DNA of 64,000 nt, taken from the NCBI GenBank assembly GCA_965112155.1, contig OZ218104.1; one strand, written 5' to 3'. The position numbers and the translations under genes were made by a program. This DNA is from Podarcis liolepis (taxonomy: Eukaryota). Below are positions 1 through 13,389 of the stretch, one piece after another (the first letter of the stretch is position 1; each line of letters starts with the position of its first letter). The notes beneath the pieces are model-generated. The model saw nothing but the letters and a program-made list of their open reading frames with translations. It was not told the origin of the DNA and did no database searches.

Positions 1-45
1 TTCTTAGGTATGTTCTTCCCCCACACCTTAGTGCTCGGTTGTAGG

Positions 46-258
46 AACATAAGAAGAGCCTCCTGGATCAGACCACCATCCTGTTCTCACAGTGGCCACC
101 CAGATGCCTGCGGAAAACCTGCAACAGCACTGTCCTCATCTGTGGCTGGAGTGCATGTTCCCCATAGCCATCTGGGTGGCCACTGTGAGAAAAGGGTGCT
201 GTACCAGAAAGGCCAGTGGTCTCAGCCATCAGGCGCTTCTTAGTTTCTCATGTTCTTA
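46..258. mobile_element. Two CR1-type LINE 3'-end relics in inverted orientation
   Basis: AACATAAGAAGAGCC..CTGTTCTCACAGTGGCC (minus) at 46-128 and its reverse-complement counterpart ending ATGTTCTTA at about 155-258. The same motifs occur in the other CR1 tails in this window. Confidence 0.6.
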
Positions 259-501
259 CCTGTGGTTCTCAGGTAAGGGGTACTGCCTCCAACAGTGGAG
301 GTAGAACATAGCAATCCTAAGAAGATAGAGGTGCAATTGTGCCTTGCATCCCAGGATTTGTTTGATAATATAGGAAAGATAGGCAGGGCAGGATCTAGGG
401 GTGTGTGTGTTTTTACCAGGGTGGGGATTCACACAAGATATTCTGAAGCAGGGCCAGTCCACAATGTTTTGTTGCCTGAGGCAAAGGGCAAGACTCCGAA
501 A

Positions 502-696
502 GGGAAAGGACATAGCTCTGTGGCAGAGCATCTTCTTTGCACACAAAAGGTCCCAGGTTCAGTCCCAGGCATCTCCAGATAAGACCGAGGGAGCCTCTCT
601 CCCTGAAACTCTTGAGAGCTGCCACCAGTCAGTGTAGACATTGCTGAGCCAGATGGACCTGCAGTCTAATTTGGTGTAAGGCAGGCTCCTATGTTT
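502..696 (+). mobile_element. tRNA-derived squamate SINE (Squam2-like)
   Basis: A-box-like TAGCTCTGTGGCAGAGCA, B-box-like GGTTCAGTCCC, tail AAGGCAGGCTCCTATGTT. Related fragments at about 9127-9195, 9845-9915, 11500-11630 and 15755-15830 (minus) and 57922-58050 (plus). Confidence 0.65.
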
Positions 697-1127
697 CTGC
701 CCATAAGTAACCCTGCACAGAGTCACAAAGTCCTTATTCAAAAGAAGATACTGTAGACCTCAGCCGTTTAGCAGCATTTCCTAAAATATTTAGAAAAGCA
801 ACTTAAAAATATATATATTTCCTGTTTATAGCTTATTAGAGTTACAGAGTCTGGGAGTGAGTAATAATGGCATTTTTTTTAAAAAAAATCTATATATCTA
901 AGGCTCCTTTTAGTTTTCATAAAAGGGGAAATGACTACAAGACGAGGGTGAGGATTGTGAAATTGGCAAAAGAGACATTGAAATCCGCCCCATAATCCTA
1001 TTTACATGTCTAGTAGGATGTTATTGCTATTTCTGTACATCTTGTATACAGAACGCAGGCAAGGAACAAGCAGGCAGATGTACAGGCCTCTCTCTTTAGC
1101 GGGCTGATATTAATTCCCATTTGTGAC

Positions 1128-1303
1128 TGTGTACACACCATACATTTAAAGCCAATCACCATCTCCTTGCAGAAAGAATCCTGGGAACTGCAGTTTTCCC
1201 CTCACAGAACTACAATTTGCAGCACCCTTAACACACTGCAGTTCCCAGGATTCTTTGGGAGAAGCCAACTGCTTTGCATTTGTTTGAGATGTGTGGTATG
1301 TGT
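1128..1303. mobile_element. Palindromic non-autonomous DNA element (about 170-bp MITE family)
   Basis: Arms CACCATACATTTAAAGC..AAAGAATCCTGGGAACTG / CAGTTCCCAGGATTCTTT. Further copies at about 10643-10812, 11232-11410, 13789-13936, 18291-18446, 22430-22555 and 57753-57921. Confidence 0.65.
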
Positions 1304-4064
1304 GCTATCTCTGCATACATCATCTTGGTCACCCTCCTCTAAACATGTTTCAGCTTCTCAATACAGTATCCTTCTCAAAATGTGGTACCCAGAACTGGGC
1401 ACGGTACTCCAGGTGGGTTCTGCCTTTTTACCATGCTGGAGGTAGACCATCCCCAAACCCAGTGCCAACTCCCATCAGCCCCAGCAAGCACTGAAAATGG
1501 CCATGTTTGGTGAAGGGAGCTGTAGCCCAAAGCATCTGAAGGGCATCATGTTACTTCTGAGTAGACATGCATAAGGCTGCACTGTAAGTCAATAAAATCA
1601 GAGTAGCTTTTACCTTATGGCTCTGTAAATCACACTCAGCATGCAAGCCTCTTCTAGTCAATGAGAAACTTCTGAATAAAGCAAAATACACAATCTGCCA
1701 GAACTACCGAGATAAAATGTCCTTTGACTGAAATGGATTTCATGGTTGAAACACAGTGCTTTCCTCACTGCCATTGAGAGCAAAAATGGCACTGGGCAAG
1801 AGAATTGTTATATTGTAACTATATTAGCATCTTTTTTCCCCTTTTGATTGGGAAAAGAGCTACTTACTACATTTCCAAACATCAAAATCTGAATTATGCA
1901 AGGTTAGGCAGCCTGGTGGGTAAAGGACGCTGTCCTTTCATGTCTCATTATGTTGTTAATTAGCTAATGTTTGTAAAGCACTTTGAAGATGAAAGACACC
2001 CATATAAGTTCCAAGTATTATTATCTCTGGAGACCTTGGTTCAAGTAAGAGGTGCCTAATTACACATGCAATAAATTAGATTTAATGAATCATAGAATCC
2101 TGCTTTCTGCATTGTGCAAGCTTCGATCAGCCAGTATGATACATGGAAATAATTCTCCATGATGATGGAGCCACAGATTAAAATTTCCAGAGAGACAAAG
2201 AACAAATGTTTCCATAAAGCGACAGCTTCAGAGGTATGGATGGTCCATCTTCTTGCTTCAAAGTTGCTCTGGTTCCTGAATGCAATGATGCTCTGTGGAG
2301 CATCATTCTAGACTCAGTTCCTGGTCCCCATCTCCCAGCTCCCACTCATCTGCCTTTGGGCTCAGCTGCTAGGCTAGGAGAATGAGCTCAAAGAAAGCAC
2401 AATACACAAGCCAGCTAGTCATATGGGCAATGTGACCTGTTTGTCAGTGAAACAAAAGCAGAAATATTGTTTGCCAGTATTGTCCGGTGACTGGCTAGTG
2501 ACACCCCTGTAAGAACAGAAACAGCTCATCAGTCTCCAGACTATTCTAGTTCACTCAGTGCCAGCATGCCATGCTCTAGAAGAAGGCATGCAAGGCCTAC
2601 AGGTCTTTTCCAGAAATGTATTACATGAAGCAGTGCCTAGATGCTGTTTTTGAGCAATCATTTTCTGGAGAACTTGAAAGAACTTGGAAGAACTTTCTGG
2701 AGAACTTGGACTTTCTTGGAAAGTTCTCATCAGCTTCCCAGTAGTGGTGGGGTGGGGGATTACCACTACTAACAGTCTTCACCAGCAATGTGCAAGCACA
2801 TAAAAAAAGGTTGTGGCATGTTCTGGGGCAGATTCTCAAGTTCACCTTGAAGTAAAATGCTTGAAAGCCACTGCTTAGGAAAAACTGTCTCCCAAGGGCT
2901 TTCACAGCATCAAGGTGAACGACAAAGATCTGAACCCGTGTTCATCAGCAATGCTGAACGAGGCTTTCAGGGCATATAGCGTCTTGATGCACCCTGAGCC
3001 ACCGAGGATATACTTATATGTCTTGGCACTCTCTACAGACTCTTGGCCATGAGAAAAAGTTATTTATGGAACTGATGGGACCAGCCAGTTTCCCTTGATG
3101 CTGTCTGGATGAAGTGTCTGCAAGAAATAAAAGCAGAAGAAGGGTTTTCGACACCCAAAGTTAGGGCATGAACTTGGAGCATGGTAACATTGTCCCTTCT
3201 GGTTTTGCTTTCAGGGTGGAGACTTGGCTTAATTTTGTGGGCCTCACTTCCCCATATAGCAGACAGTTCTAGGAGGGCAGCCTTTTACAGCATCAGCTTT
3301 CTTCTACGGGGAGAACACAGAAGGTTTAGGGTGCCTTTGTGCTTATTTATTTGCTCCATCTAAACTGAAGCACTCTGAAAAGCTGCAAAATGGGGTTTTC
3401 AGAGCAAAACCAGGAAGGAGGGAGCAGATTTGTATTAAAAGTACTGAGGATGTTTTTAAGTGGCACCCTCCCCTCTACAAATGTTGCCCATCTTCACACA
3501 GACAATCAGCTGATCTTTAAAGCAGAATCAGATCCCTCAAAACCAAGAGCACGCCCTCACAGCTCAGTGAAATTCCTCTGCAAAAATGTGCCCTGTTTCT
3601 TTTACTGTCTACAGCTCTCTCTTCCCACCTCCAGTCATGTTCAGTAAATATGAAGTTCCAGGGCCTGGAATGCCTTCTTCCCCACTTTTAATTGGATTTT
3701 TGGATGAGGGCTAACTCCCAGATCAGACTTTGACCAGCTCCAGGAAACGGTCTCCGTGGGACCTTAAGGTAGGCTTAGCCAATGTGGTGCTCTCAAGATG
3801 TTTAGGACTTTGATTTCTATCAGCCCCAACCAGCATGATGAATAGTCAGGAATAATGAGAGTTGTAGGCCAGAACATACAGAAGGCATCACGCTACCTCT
3901 GCCTTGGGTGTGTGGAATGCATGGCTCTCCAGATGCAGCTGAACCACAACTCCCATCAGCCCCAGCAAGCATGGCCAATGGCAACATCAGGAGGTCAAAG
4001 GTCCCCTAGATCTGGCTTGGAACGTAGGCTAAGAATGAGCGGCTATCATCCCAAATAAGGGAAT

Positions 4065-4560
4065 GCCTCAAGAGGGATGATGAAGGGGTTGGAGCAACTC
4101 TCCTATGAGGAAAGTTTACAACATTTGCAGCTTTAAGGCAAGAGGGAACATGTGTATAAAATTATCCATAGTGTCGAGAAAGTGGTTAGGGAGATGTTCT
4201 TCCCCTCTAGACCTTAGGGCTATCCAATGATTCTGAATGCTTGGAGATTCAGGACAGAAGAAAGAAGGTGCATACTTGGAAGTATGAAATTCACCCTCAA
4301 ATGAGGTAATGGTGGCCACCAGCTTGGATGGCTTTAAAAGAGGATTAGATAAATTCGTAGAGGATAAGGCTGTCCATGACTATAAGCTTCAATGCTGATA
4401 TTCTGCCTCCAATGTTGGAGGCAGTATGTCTCTAGATTCAAGTGAAGAGAACACCTTTGCCTCCATATCCAGCTTGTAGGCTTCCCACAGGCATCTGGTC
4501 GGTCACTGTGAGACTAGAAGGGTCTTGGGCTGGATCTCGCAGATCTCTCAGGTTCCTTAA
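4065..4560 (+). mobile_element. CR1 LINE 3' fragment (degenerate ORF2 end and 3' UTR)
   Basis: GGAGCAACTCTCCTATGAGGAAAG..GGAGATTCAGGACAGA..TTGGATGGCTTTAAAAGAGGATTAGATAAATTC; colinear with 16021-16500. Confidence 0.75.
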
Positions 4561-4652
4561 ATTAAAAATTGTTACCGTAACTAGAACAAACCCATGCCCA
4601 GTACCTACTTGCACACAAGCTATTCTTCTGTCAGATCAGAGTGGCTTTAAGC

Positions 4653-4698
<46 letters not shown>
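4653..4698. repeat. (AAT)n microsatellite
   Basis: About 15 perfect units; explains the poly-Ile ORF tail. Confidence 0.95.
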
Positions 4699-4699
<1 letters not shown>

Positions 4700-4739
4700 T
4701 AGAGCCAGATTGCTGCTGCGCTTTATTAAACATTTTATC

Positions 4740-5305
4740 AAATAGCAATAAGGCTTTGAAAAATAAAGCACTGATAAGTCAGTTGTTAATGGTAGCAAAT
4801 CTAGTGATTACCTGTTTTAAGGATTTTGTCAGGAGCAACTAAAGAATATTGGAATAATATGGGATATAGCTTTGGCTGAAAAGTTGACAAAATGCATTTG
4901 GCTAGGGGAAGTAAAAAAAAAAGAGATCACTTCAAATTGGAATGGTTTGGTTTTGTAAAGCATTTGAGTAAGATAATTATTATTATTTATTAAATTTATA
5001 TACAGCTCTATACCCACAGGTCGCAGAATGAGTAGTGTAATGTCACCATCTTGGTATGTTAATTTGTGGAACTCAAAGCTGTTTATTTTTGCTATAGTAG
5101 CATTAAGAAGTAATGTAATAGGGACATTTGTTATCTTTCTATGTACGGGGGGAAATTGTGTGATTACTGCTGTGTCTATCAGTCTCTGGAACCGAGTCAG
5201 ATTTATGTTTGAAGTTATGTTTAGAATTTTATTCAGGTTTTGCATTACATTCTTTTTATATTTCTATGGGTAAAATCTTTCTCTATAAAATTATATTTAA
5301 ATAAA
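4740..5305 (+). mobile_element. Possible degenerate L1/Tx1-type LINE 3' end
   Basis: Frameshifted + strand translation gives NKALISQLLMVANLVI..EYWNN/WDIALAEKLTK, resembling L1-clade ORF2 C-termini, followed by T-rich sequence and AATAAA near 5300. Confidence 0.4.
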
Positions 5306-6041
5306 AATGCAATTCAATAATTTACACAAAGGAAGCTGCTCTGAGGATAGCAGCATCTCAGCTTCTGGGAGTCATTTTGGCGTCAAAATCTCTTATCTGA
5401 GTAAAACCTTATTTCTCACTAATTTTGTTTTCTTCTTTCAGCAACAAAAGAGTCACAGTCTGTTTGCACAGCTTCTTTTCTAAGAAGTGAACCATTTATT
5501 TAATCTCAAAAACAAAAGAGGCTTCTGATCATGGTTTTGGAGTTTTGTGCTGGTTTTCTTTTCTTTTCTTCATGGCAGTCCAATAAACAGCAACTTTGGA
5601 TATAACATCTACTGTACCTCCAGGCCATGGTAAATGTTTTAATAGTGCTGCAAACTTCTCAACTAACTTTCATTTCGTTATTTGTTTACCATGAAAAGGT
5701 TTGATCCTGATGGCTTGCGACTACAGAGCTTTTTACAAGCAGGGTCAAGGAACTGTCAGACGTCTTGAAGCTCTGAAAGCAGGGAGGACCTTCTCCTACA
5801 GTCAGATGCCCAGAACAGCTTGCTGTTTAAAGCTGTTTCTGTGGCCAGATCTTCATGAAAAGGGCATGTGGGAATTTAGGAGCCATACACTTTGTTCAGA
5901 GATCATATCTGGAAAAAGCACAAGGGGGAAATGCTATTGTTTGTTCAGTAGGCAAGGGATTGAGACCTGGGTCGCTGGCCAGAATGGGGTTGTATAATTC
6001 TTAGGGTACTTACTGGCTAGCGTTCATACCATCATTGATTA

Positions 6042-6584
6042 CAGTGGTACCTTGGTTCTCAAACACCTTGGTACTCAAACTACTTGGAACCTAAACTCTG
6101 CAAACCCAGAAGTAAGTGTCCTGGTTTGTGAACTTTTTTTGGAAGCCAAACATGCTCCGTTTTGAGTGTTACGCTTCCATTTTGAGTGCCACACTTCCAT
6201 TTTGAGTGGTACACTGAGGTCTGTCTGTTTTTGCTACTTATTTTGCATTTTTGCTTTTGCAGTTCTTCTTTGTTTTGTCTGTTTTTGCTATTTATTTTGC
6301 GTTTTTGCTTTTGCAGCTCTTTTTTGTTTTGTTTTTGTGGCTGTGTGGAACCCAGTTCAGCTACTGATTGATTGATTGTATGACTGCAGTACATTGTTTA
6401 TTACTTTAATTTTATGGATTAATGGTCTGGTTAGATAGTAAAATTCATGTTAAATTGATGTGTTTTAGGGGTTGTTTTTAAAAGTCGGGAATGGATTGAT
6501 CCATTTTGCATTACTTTCTATGGGAAAGCGTGCCTTGGTTTTGGAACGCTTTGGTTTGGGAGTTTGAGAACCAAGGTACCACTG
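6042..6584. mobile_element. Tc1/mariner-pogo (Tigger-like) MITE, 543 bp
   Basis: Perfect 23-bp TIR CAGTGGTACCTTGGTTCTCAAAC; TA on both sides (6040-41, 6585-86). Confidence 0.9.
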
Positions 6585-6711
6585 TATTTGCATTACTTTT
6601 GTGTGTGTGAATCTGTGGGGCAGTCTAAATATAGATAGGGTACCACAGAAATTCCCCACAATTTTTTCCAAAAACAAAACATCCTGGAATACAATTTAAG
6701 AACTATTTATT

Positions 6712-6845
6712 CAGTGCAATTTTTCTAGAAAAAGAGGTGCCGGAACTAATCATGAACTAATCTTGTTCTCTTATAATGGCAATAACACCCACTTGAGAGG
6801 TGCCGGAACTGAATTCCGGTGAGTTCCGGCTGAAAAAAAGCCCTG
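6712..6845. mobile_element. Short hAT-like MITE
   Basis: Ends CAGTGCAATTTTTC / GAAAAAAAGCCCTG; internal repeat GAGGTGCCGGAACT x2; TSD not clearly preserved. Confidence 0.5.
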
Positions 6846-6945
6846 TGCATAATTAACAACAGACGAAAGCAAATGCCATAAAAATATTTAAAAGGTGAAA
6901 CAGAATTGAGACAATAGGAATGTTTTGAATGTAAGTCATAGATAT

Positions 6946-6983
<38 letters not shown>

Positions 6984-7582
6984 GGTAGCTTGGCTTGAGT
7001 TTAGCAAATGAAAACCTTGTCTTCTCGAAAGTCATTTTTCCCTGCCAGGATTTGCATATACATATGATATCTGTTATACTAATTATATCTATTTTCACAG
7101 GTATAGGCAGACGTACCCCTGAGCAGTGGCACCCATTAACCGATCAGGCAAGGCTGTGTGCAGCTGTGTTTTGATCAGTGGGAAAGGTTTCCTGGCACCC
7201 GAGAACTAAAATCACCTTCTCGAGGATGACAAGTGCATCCTAGCTGCTCTTGCGAGCGAAAATCAAGGGTTTCAGCAAGTAAGGAAACAGAGCAACTACC
7301 ACAAGGAATTAAAAAGGGGGGAACTAACCTTTAATCACAATGACTGTGCAAACCATGGGTGGTCGCCAGTGCTAATCCTGCTCAGAGTAGACCCACTGAA
7401 GTTGAGAAGCATGGCTAATGTAGGGTCCTTCATTTCAATGGGTCTGCTCTGAACAGGACATCGTATCTCAATACATGGTAGAGAGCAAAAAAATGTAAAA
7501 TGCCCAATGGCGCCCTAACAATTGGCTAAAATAACACTTCCTTGTGAAGCTCTGGACCTGCTTGCTCACTTCCTTACTTGTT

Positions 7583-8012
7583 CATAAGAACATAAGAAGA
7601 GCCTGCTGGATCAGGCCAATGGCCCATCTTGTCCAGCATCCTGTTGTCACCGTGGCAACAGCACTCTCCCCACCTGAGATTCCCAACAACTGGTATTCAG
7701 AAGCATTACTGCCTGGGACTGCAAAAGCAGAGCATAGACATCCTGGCTAGTAGTAGCCATTGAATGTGTTTAATTCTCTTTTAAAGCCATTCAACTTGGT
7801 GGCCATACCTGCCTCCTGTGACACAGAGTTCCATAGTTTCATTAAGAGCTGTGTGAAGAAGTCCTTCCTTTTTTCTGTCCTGATTGCAACATTCAGCTTT
7901 ATGGGATGCCCATGAATTCTAGAGGGGGGTGGGATTCCCAATCTGCTTTTCTGTGTCATGCACATTTTTATAAACACCGGGCATGTCACCTCTTGCTCAA
8001 CCTTTCTCTAAG
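7583..8012 (-). mobile_element. CR1 LINE 3' fragment
   Basis: Starts with the CATAAGAACATAAGAAG tail repeat; the reverse complement matches 4065-4560 and 16021-16500 (minus ORF motif KLWNSVSQEAGMATKLNGFKREL). Confidence 0.8.
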
Positions 8013-9521
8013 AAGTTCCTTGTAAGATGCCCAATGGGGGCCTGAAGCAGTTGGCTAAATGCCACTTCCCAAAGAGGCTCTCAGGCTGCTTGCACACTTT
8101 CGCACTTCTTCGCGTGTGCACCACACAAAAAGATTCCCAGGGGACACTTCCTGGTTCTCAGAGGACTTCTAGAGCTGGTTTCCAGAGGACTTTTCTTCAT
8201 GCAAGGCGCTATGGCTTTTCTCTTCCCAAGGTGAGAGAAACCTGCCCAGAACTTCAGGAAAACATGGTGGGACATTTGTTCTAGCACTGGTTCTCCTGAG
8301 TCTATGCTGCCACAACCTGTTGCTGTTCTAGTTCACACCAGATGTTCAATACCAGACCAAAATCCTTGAGGTCTGTGTTGGACACTTTGAGGCATGAATG
8401 TAAATGCAAATCTATTCCCATCCCTTTCTCCCTTTCGTTTTCATCTTCGGCTGCTGTCTTTCTTGGAAGCCCTGCATGGTGGAAACTGAAAACGGTTCTC
8501 TAGATATATAAAATAACCCCCTGAATCTTGACGAAGACTCTGATTCTCTAAAACGGGGGCTTTTTTCGCATTAGCCATAGATTTGTGTATTTGTTTTATT
8601 TAACTGTCTTGGAGCGGACAGTATTGCTGACCATTCCTTCATCACATTTGCACTTAACCTTTTGCCCCGACATTGGCTAAGCATCCTATCGCATATCACC
8701 CTAAGGGACTTCTCTCCCTCACACCCTTTACTTCCTTCATCATTTTCTCCAGATTATTCCACTCCAATCTCAGTCGTCTTCCTGATTCCATGAAAGCATC
8801 TGTCAATTATCTTTTAAAACAGAAAAGAAGAATATGTTATTCTACTTAAAACAATCAGTTCCTGGGGTCACACAACTGGTTTTCCATCCCCACACTTTGC
8901 TTTTGGTTTGCCAGGGCTTATGAGCAAGTTCCTTGTCTGCAGACGCTTGTGTGCATTTCATACATTCACTGTAAATTTTAATACGTTTCAAACCTGTTTA
9001 ATGTTTCATGGATCCTGGTTAGGGCTATAGTGTTTAAACCAATTAAGCAATCAGCTACAAAGGTGTCATGGTAATCAGGCAGTGTTTTGGGTTTGTTTAA
9101 GGATTATTTTTCAGACAGAGCAGAGGAACAAAGAAGCAGCCTTATACTGAGTCAGGTCATTGGTCCATTCAGCTCAGTGTTGTCAACACTGGATTTTAGC
9201 AAAGTCACATAAATAATACAGATGGAGTCCAGGGTCAGAGAAAACCCTGATATTGCTGTAGCTGTACTGAGGAAAACTGAACAAAAGCAGTGTATAATTT
9301 GAGGAGAAAGGACCAGGAGGCTCTTGCCTTTCTTACTTTAGGCCTTGTACACAGCAGGGAAACATTCAGACAATGATACTGGGGGTGGGGGGGAGAGAGA
9401 GAACCTCCCTCAGAATTACACAGCCAATCATGGCAAGTGCTACCTCAGCAAACATCATGCCACTCTGCTTGATTGCTAAGCAGCACAACCACCACCTTCT
9501 TTGTTAGTTGACTTACTGATA

Positions 9522-9762
9522 CAGTGGTACCTCGGGTTACGAACTTAATTCATTCTGGAGGCCCGTTCTTAACCCGAAACCATTCTTAACCTGAGGTGCG
9601 CTTTTGCTAATGGTACCTCCCACTGCCACCGTGCTGCCGGCATGCAATTTCCGTACTCATCCTGGGGCAAAGTTCGCAACCCAAGGTACTACTTCTGTGT
9701 TAGCGGAGTTTGTAACCCGAAGTGTTTGTAACCCAAAGTGTTTGTAACCTGAGGTACCACTG
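9522..9762. mobile_element. Tigger-like MITE, 241 bp
   Basis: 19-bp TIR CAGTGGTACCTC(G/A)GGTTAC, TA TSD; same family as 55725-55966. Confidence 0.9.
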
Positions 9763-11650
9763 TAATAGAATTAACCCTTACATTACAAACCAAATGATTC
9801 CTGCTGTTAGATTTCCAACTCTGGGGGCATTTGCAGCCCTATCGGGAGATGCCCGAGACTGACCCTGGGACATTCAACATGCAAAGCAGATACTTTAACA
9901 CTGAGCTACAGCCATTTAGGAACTGATAAATGCTGCAGATGGTAAGCACCAACTTGCAACATGCTAGGCCGGTCATTTTTCAATTTTTTAACCATTATAC
10001 AGTAGTCTAATTTCTACACACACAGAGACACACACACACCTCTCTATTCTCCATACCTATTTTGACATTAAGTGGTATATATTTTAAAACATAAAGATAA
10101 ATATGTCTGCCTCCCAGTTGTATCAAGAATATCTCAGGGTGAAAACAAAACGATATTGATAATGCTAATGACAGCAGAACTTTACATCACGGCAAAGTCA
10201 ATTAAACCAGCAGGCCCCTGACTGCACATCCAAAGTTCTCTCTCCCATCAAAGAAGAACCAGCAAACCCTGCAGAACTTTCTCACTTGCTCTCAGTCTTC
10301 TTGACATGCAGGCGTTTATGTATTCCCTGAAGCGCTCCTGGCAGACCTGAGAAGATTTTTTCCCCCTGAATATGATTGATTGGATAGGGTGTTCCTCTGA
10401 GCCTTGGAACGCCACCACAGGGTAAGGTGTCAGCTTCTCTCCAGGAGAGCATCTTCAGCATTCAGAGTGCTCTAGTCATTGCACAAACCATTTTGGCAGC
10501 AAGCTCTCTGTGAGCTGGGCTGAGGCCTCACATCCTATGTCTCATGCGGCCCTTAATTCAGAGGTATCTGCATGGTATGTCTCATGAGCAGAGACGGACC
10601 GCTGCAGCCACACATTCGGTTTTGCATGTCGATTTGCACAGTGTGCACACCCTACATTTAAAGCATGTTTTAAGTACGTGGCTTCCCTCAACCCCTCCAA
10701 AAATGCAAATCCTAGGAATTGTAGTTTGCTAAATGTGCTGGCAATTGTAGCTTTGTGAGGGTCAAATGGAAGTTTGTAGGAAGTCGTGTGCTTTAAATGT
10801 ATAGAATGCATGTACCTGCAATCTCTTAAAGGGCTCTATCATTCGGTTTCTTGATTGCTCAAAACTGAAAGGGTGTTCACACGTTACGTTCAATGAGTGT
10901 ACAATCTGTGTATACAAATCATTGAGCAGCACTAATCAACAAGGGTATGCTCTTTCACACAAACACCTGTTCATCTTGCACCTGTGTTCAGTGTGGCATA
11001 TGATATAAATGCACGAAATAAATAAGTAAATTTCATCGCTGCCCTCCCTCCAACAACAGCAGTTACATATATACACAAACATGGCGGGCTCCAGACTTCA
11101 AAAGGCCCTCAGCATGGTACTGCTGATGGCCACTCAACCCCTGAGACATACACCCATGTGACCATGACCACACAACTCATTTATTTTTAAAATCCTCTTG
11201 CTTCTATGAAGCAGCCGCCAAACACTTAGGCCACATTCACACCATACATTTAAAGCATTATGATACCACTTTAAACAGCTATGCGTTCTCCACCTCCCAA
11301 AGAATTCTGGGAGCTGTAGTTTTGTTCACGGTGCTGAAAGTTATTAGGAGGCCCCCTATTCCCAGAGTTAGTGGAGGAGAGGGATTGATTGTTAAACCAC
11401 TTCAGAATTATCACATGTTTATCACATTTCGAAGTCTAGTAATCTACATTACCATCTCAAGAGCATCTTCCCATTAAAGTAATGACTGAAGATAGGGACA
11501 TACCGTAGGATGTTGTCTTATATTGAATCAGACCACTAGCCCATTTACCTCAGTTTTGTCTACACTGACAGGCAGAGGCTCTCCAGGGTTTCAGGAAGGC
11601 CTCTCTCCCTGGAGATGCCAAGGACCTGATCAATTGATCATAATTATATA

Positions 11651-12005
11651 CAGTGGTACCTCGCGAGATGAATGCCTCGCAAGACAAAAAACTCGCTAGA
11701 CGAAAGGGTTTTTTGTTTTTTGAGCTGCTTTGCAAGACGGTTTTCCCTATGGGCTTGCTTCACAAGATGGAAACGTCTTGCAAGTTTGTTTCCTTTTTCT
11801 TAACACTGTTAATACAGTTGCGACTTGACTTCGAGGAGCAACTCATAGAACGCGGTGTGGTAGCCTTTTTTGAAGTTTTTAAAGACTTTGGTGATTTTTG
11901 AAGCTTTTCCAAAACTTTCCTGACACCGTGCTTCGCAAGACGAAAAAAATCGCAAGACGACAAAACTCGCGGAACGAATTAATTTTGTCTTGCGAGGCAC
12001 CACTG
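11651..12005. mobile_element. Tigger-like MITE, 355 bp (distinct subfamily)
   Basis: TIR CAGTGGT(A/G)CCTCGC(G/A)AGA, TA TSD, internal (T)CGCAAGAC repeats. Confidence 0.88.
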
Positions 12006-13135
12006 TAGTCTCATAAGAACTTAGGGGTCTTTATTTCTTTTCCCACACCCTCCTATCTTTCTTCCTGTAGTTGTGAGAAAGGTGAGTGTGTTTTTCTTTT
12101 TTCTCTTACCCTGCCCTCCCCTAGCCTTCCTACTAAATCGTCATTGCAGGATGCAGGTAAGAATGGCTCCAAAATATGTATTATTTATGAACAGCCGTGT
12201 CCTCCCATTATGATCTGGATTGATTGTGTCAGGGATGCTTTCGGCGATGTGCAAAAAGTCAATGGCAAAAGGGGGGTGGAGAAAAGCATCCTCAACACCA
12301 CCTCCCCCCAAAAAATATTTTAAAAGTTTCCCGCAAAAGGTGGGGGAGGGGTGAGAAATGGAATCCGAGGGATATCTATTCTAGAGAGAGCATTACCAGC
12401 ACATTGCAACATATCGTGATTGCTGCTGTGAATGTGATTTACAGCTGTCCCCGGTGCTGAAGATCAGAAATATCCATGCACAAACACATCTTCCTTTGAA
12501 TGATAGCGAGAGGCAGCCTGACACACATCTCTTCCGACAAGATGCTTCTGCTTCACCCTCATCACCACCATGGCCACCTTCCTCCTTTTCCTCCCCTCCC
12601 TTCCATCTTTCTTCCTTTTCTTTTTTTAGTTTTCGTCTTTCGCTCGAGGGAGGGAAAGAAAGCAGTCGATCAATAGGGCGTCTTGAGTGAAGTTGCCCGC
12701 AGCCCAGCCATTCCTCAGGATGGACACTAGCGCATGCCATCAATAGCAGTAAGAGGCTGTCTCCGACAGAAATTAAGACCCCTTCTTCTGCATGGATGTC
12801 TGGTGGCTGCTGATAAACATCTCCCAGACCCACGTCCAGATTGCAGCAAATAAACCATCTCAAGTGCAGGGCAGTGCCCCCCTCCCTGGTGGGTTTTCTC
12901 TTCGCATTTGTCCCTTTATTTTCTGGGATATTTGAAAACTCATCCTGTTCAGGGAGTGCAAGGCAAGGGCTGTGATGGCATTCAGAGCCGGTCCTATCAT
13001 TAGGAAGATTGAGGAGTCTTATTAAGCGAACCATGTTGTTGTTGTTTAAGTGTTTGAACTGTTTTTAATATTGTAGGTTTGCATTGTTGCAGTGCACCCT
13101 GAGACTTAGTGGTGAAGAGAGAGTAAGAAATCAAA

Positions 13136-13147
13136 ATTATTATTATT

Positions 13148-13185
<38 letters not shown>
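13136..13185. repeat. (ATT)5 abutting (AAT)n; contains a perfect 30-bp palindrome
   Basis: ATTATTATTATTATT|AATAATAATAATAAT at 13136-13165. Confidence 0.9.
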
Positions 13186-13389
13186 GTGATATATCTTTAT
13201 CAACATGAGGGGTGCCAGATAAATTTGCAGACATTGCTGTCAAGGGAATTCAAGGCATATATAGTTTAAATCTCTCTGTAAAATAAGGGGAAGGAAAGAC
13301 ACAGAAGAATCATGCTGATAATCTGATTTTTTACCCAATGCAGTGCTTTACTTCACAGGAACCTATTCCATCCTGAGGGCCACATTCAT

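Noticed and set aside
12393-13034. 213-aa minus-strand ORF
   Set aside because: Driven by a pyrimidine-rich low-complexity tract; no recognisable domain or splice structure.
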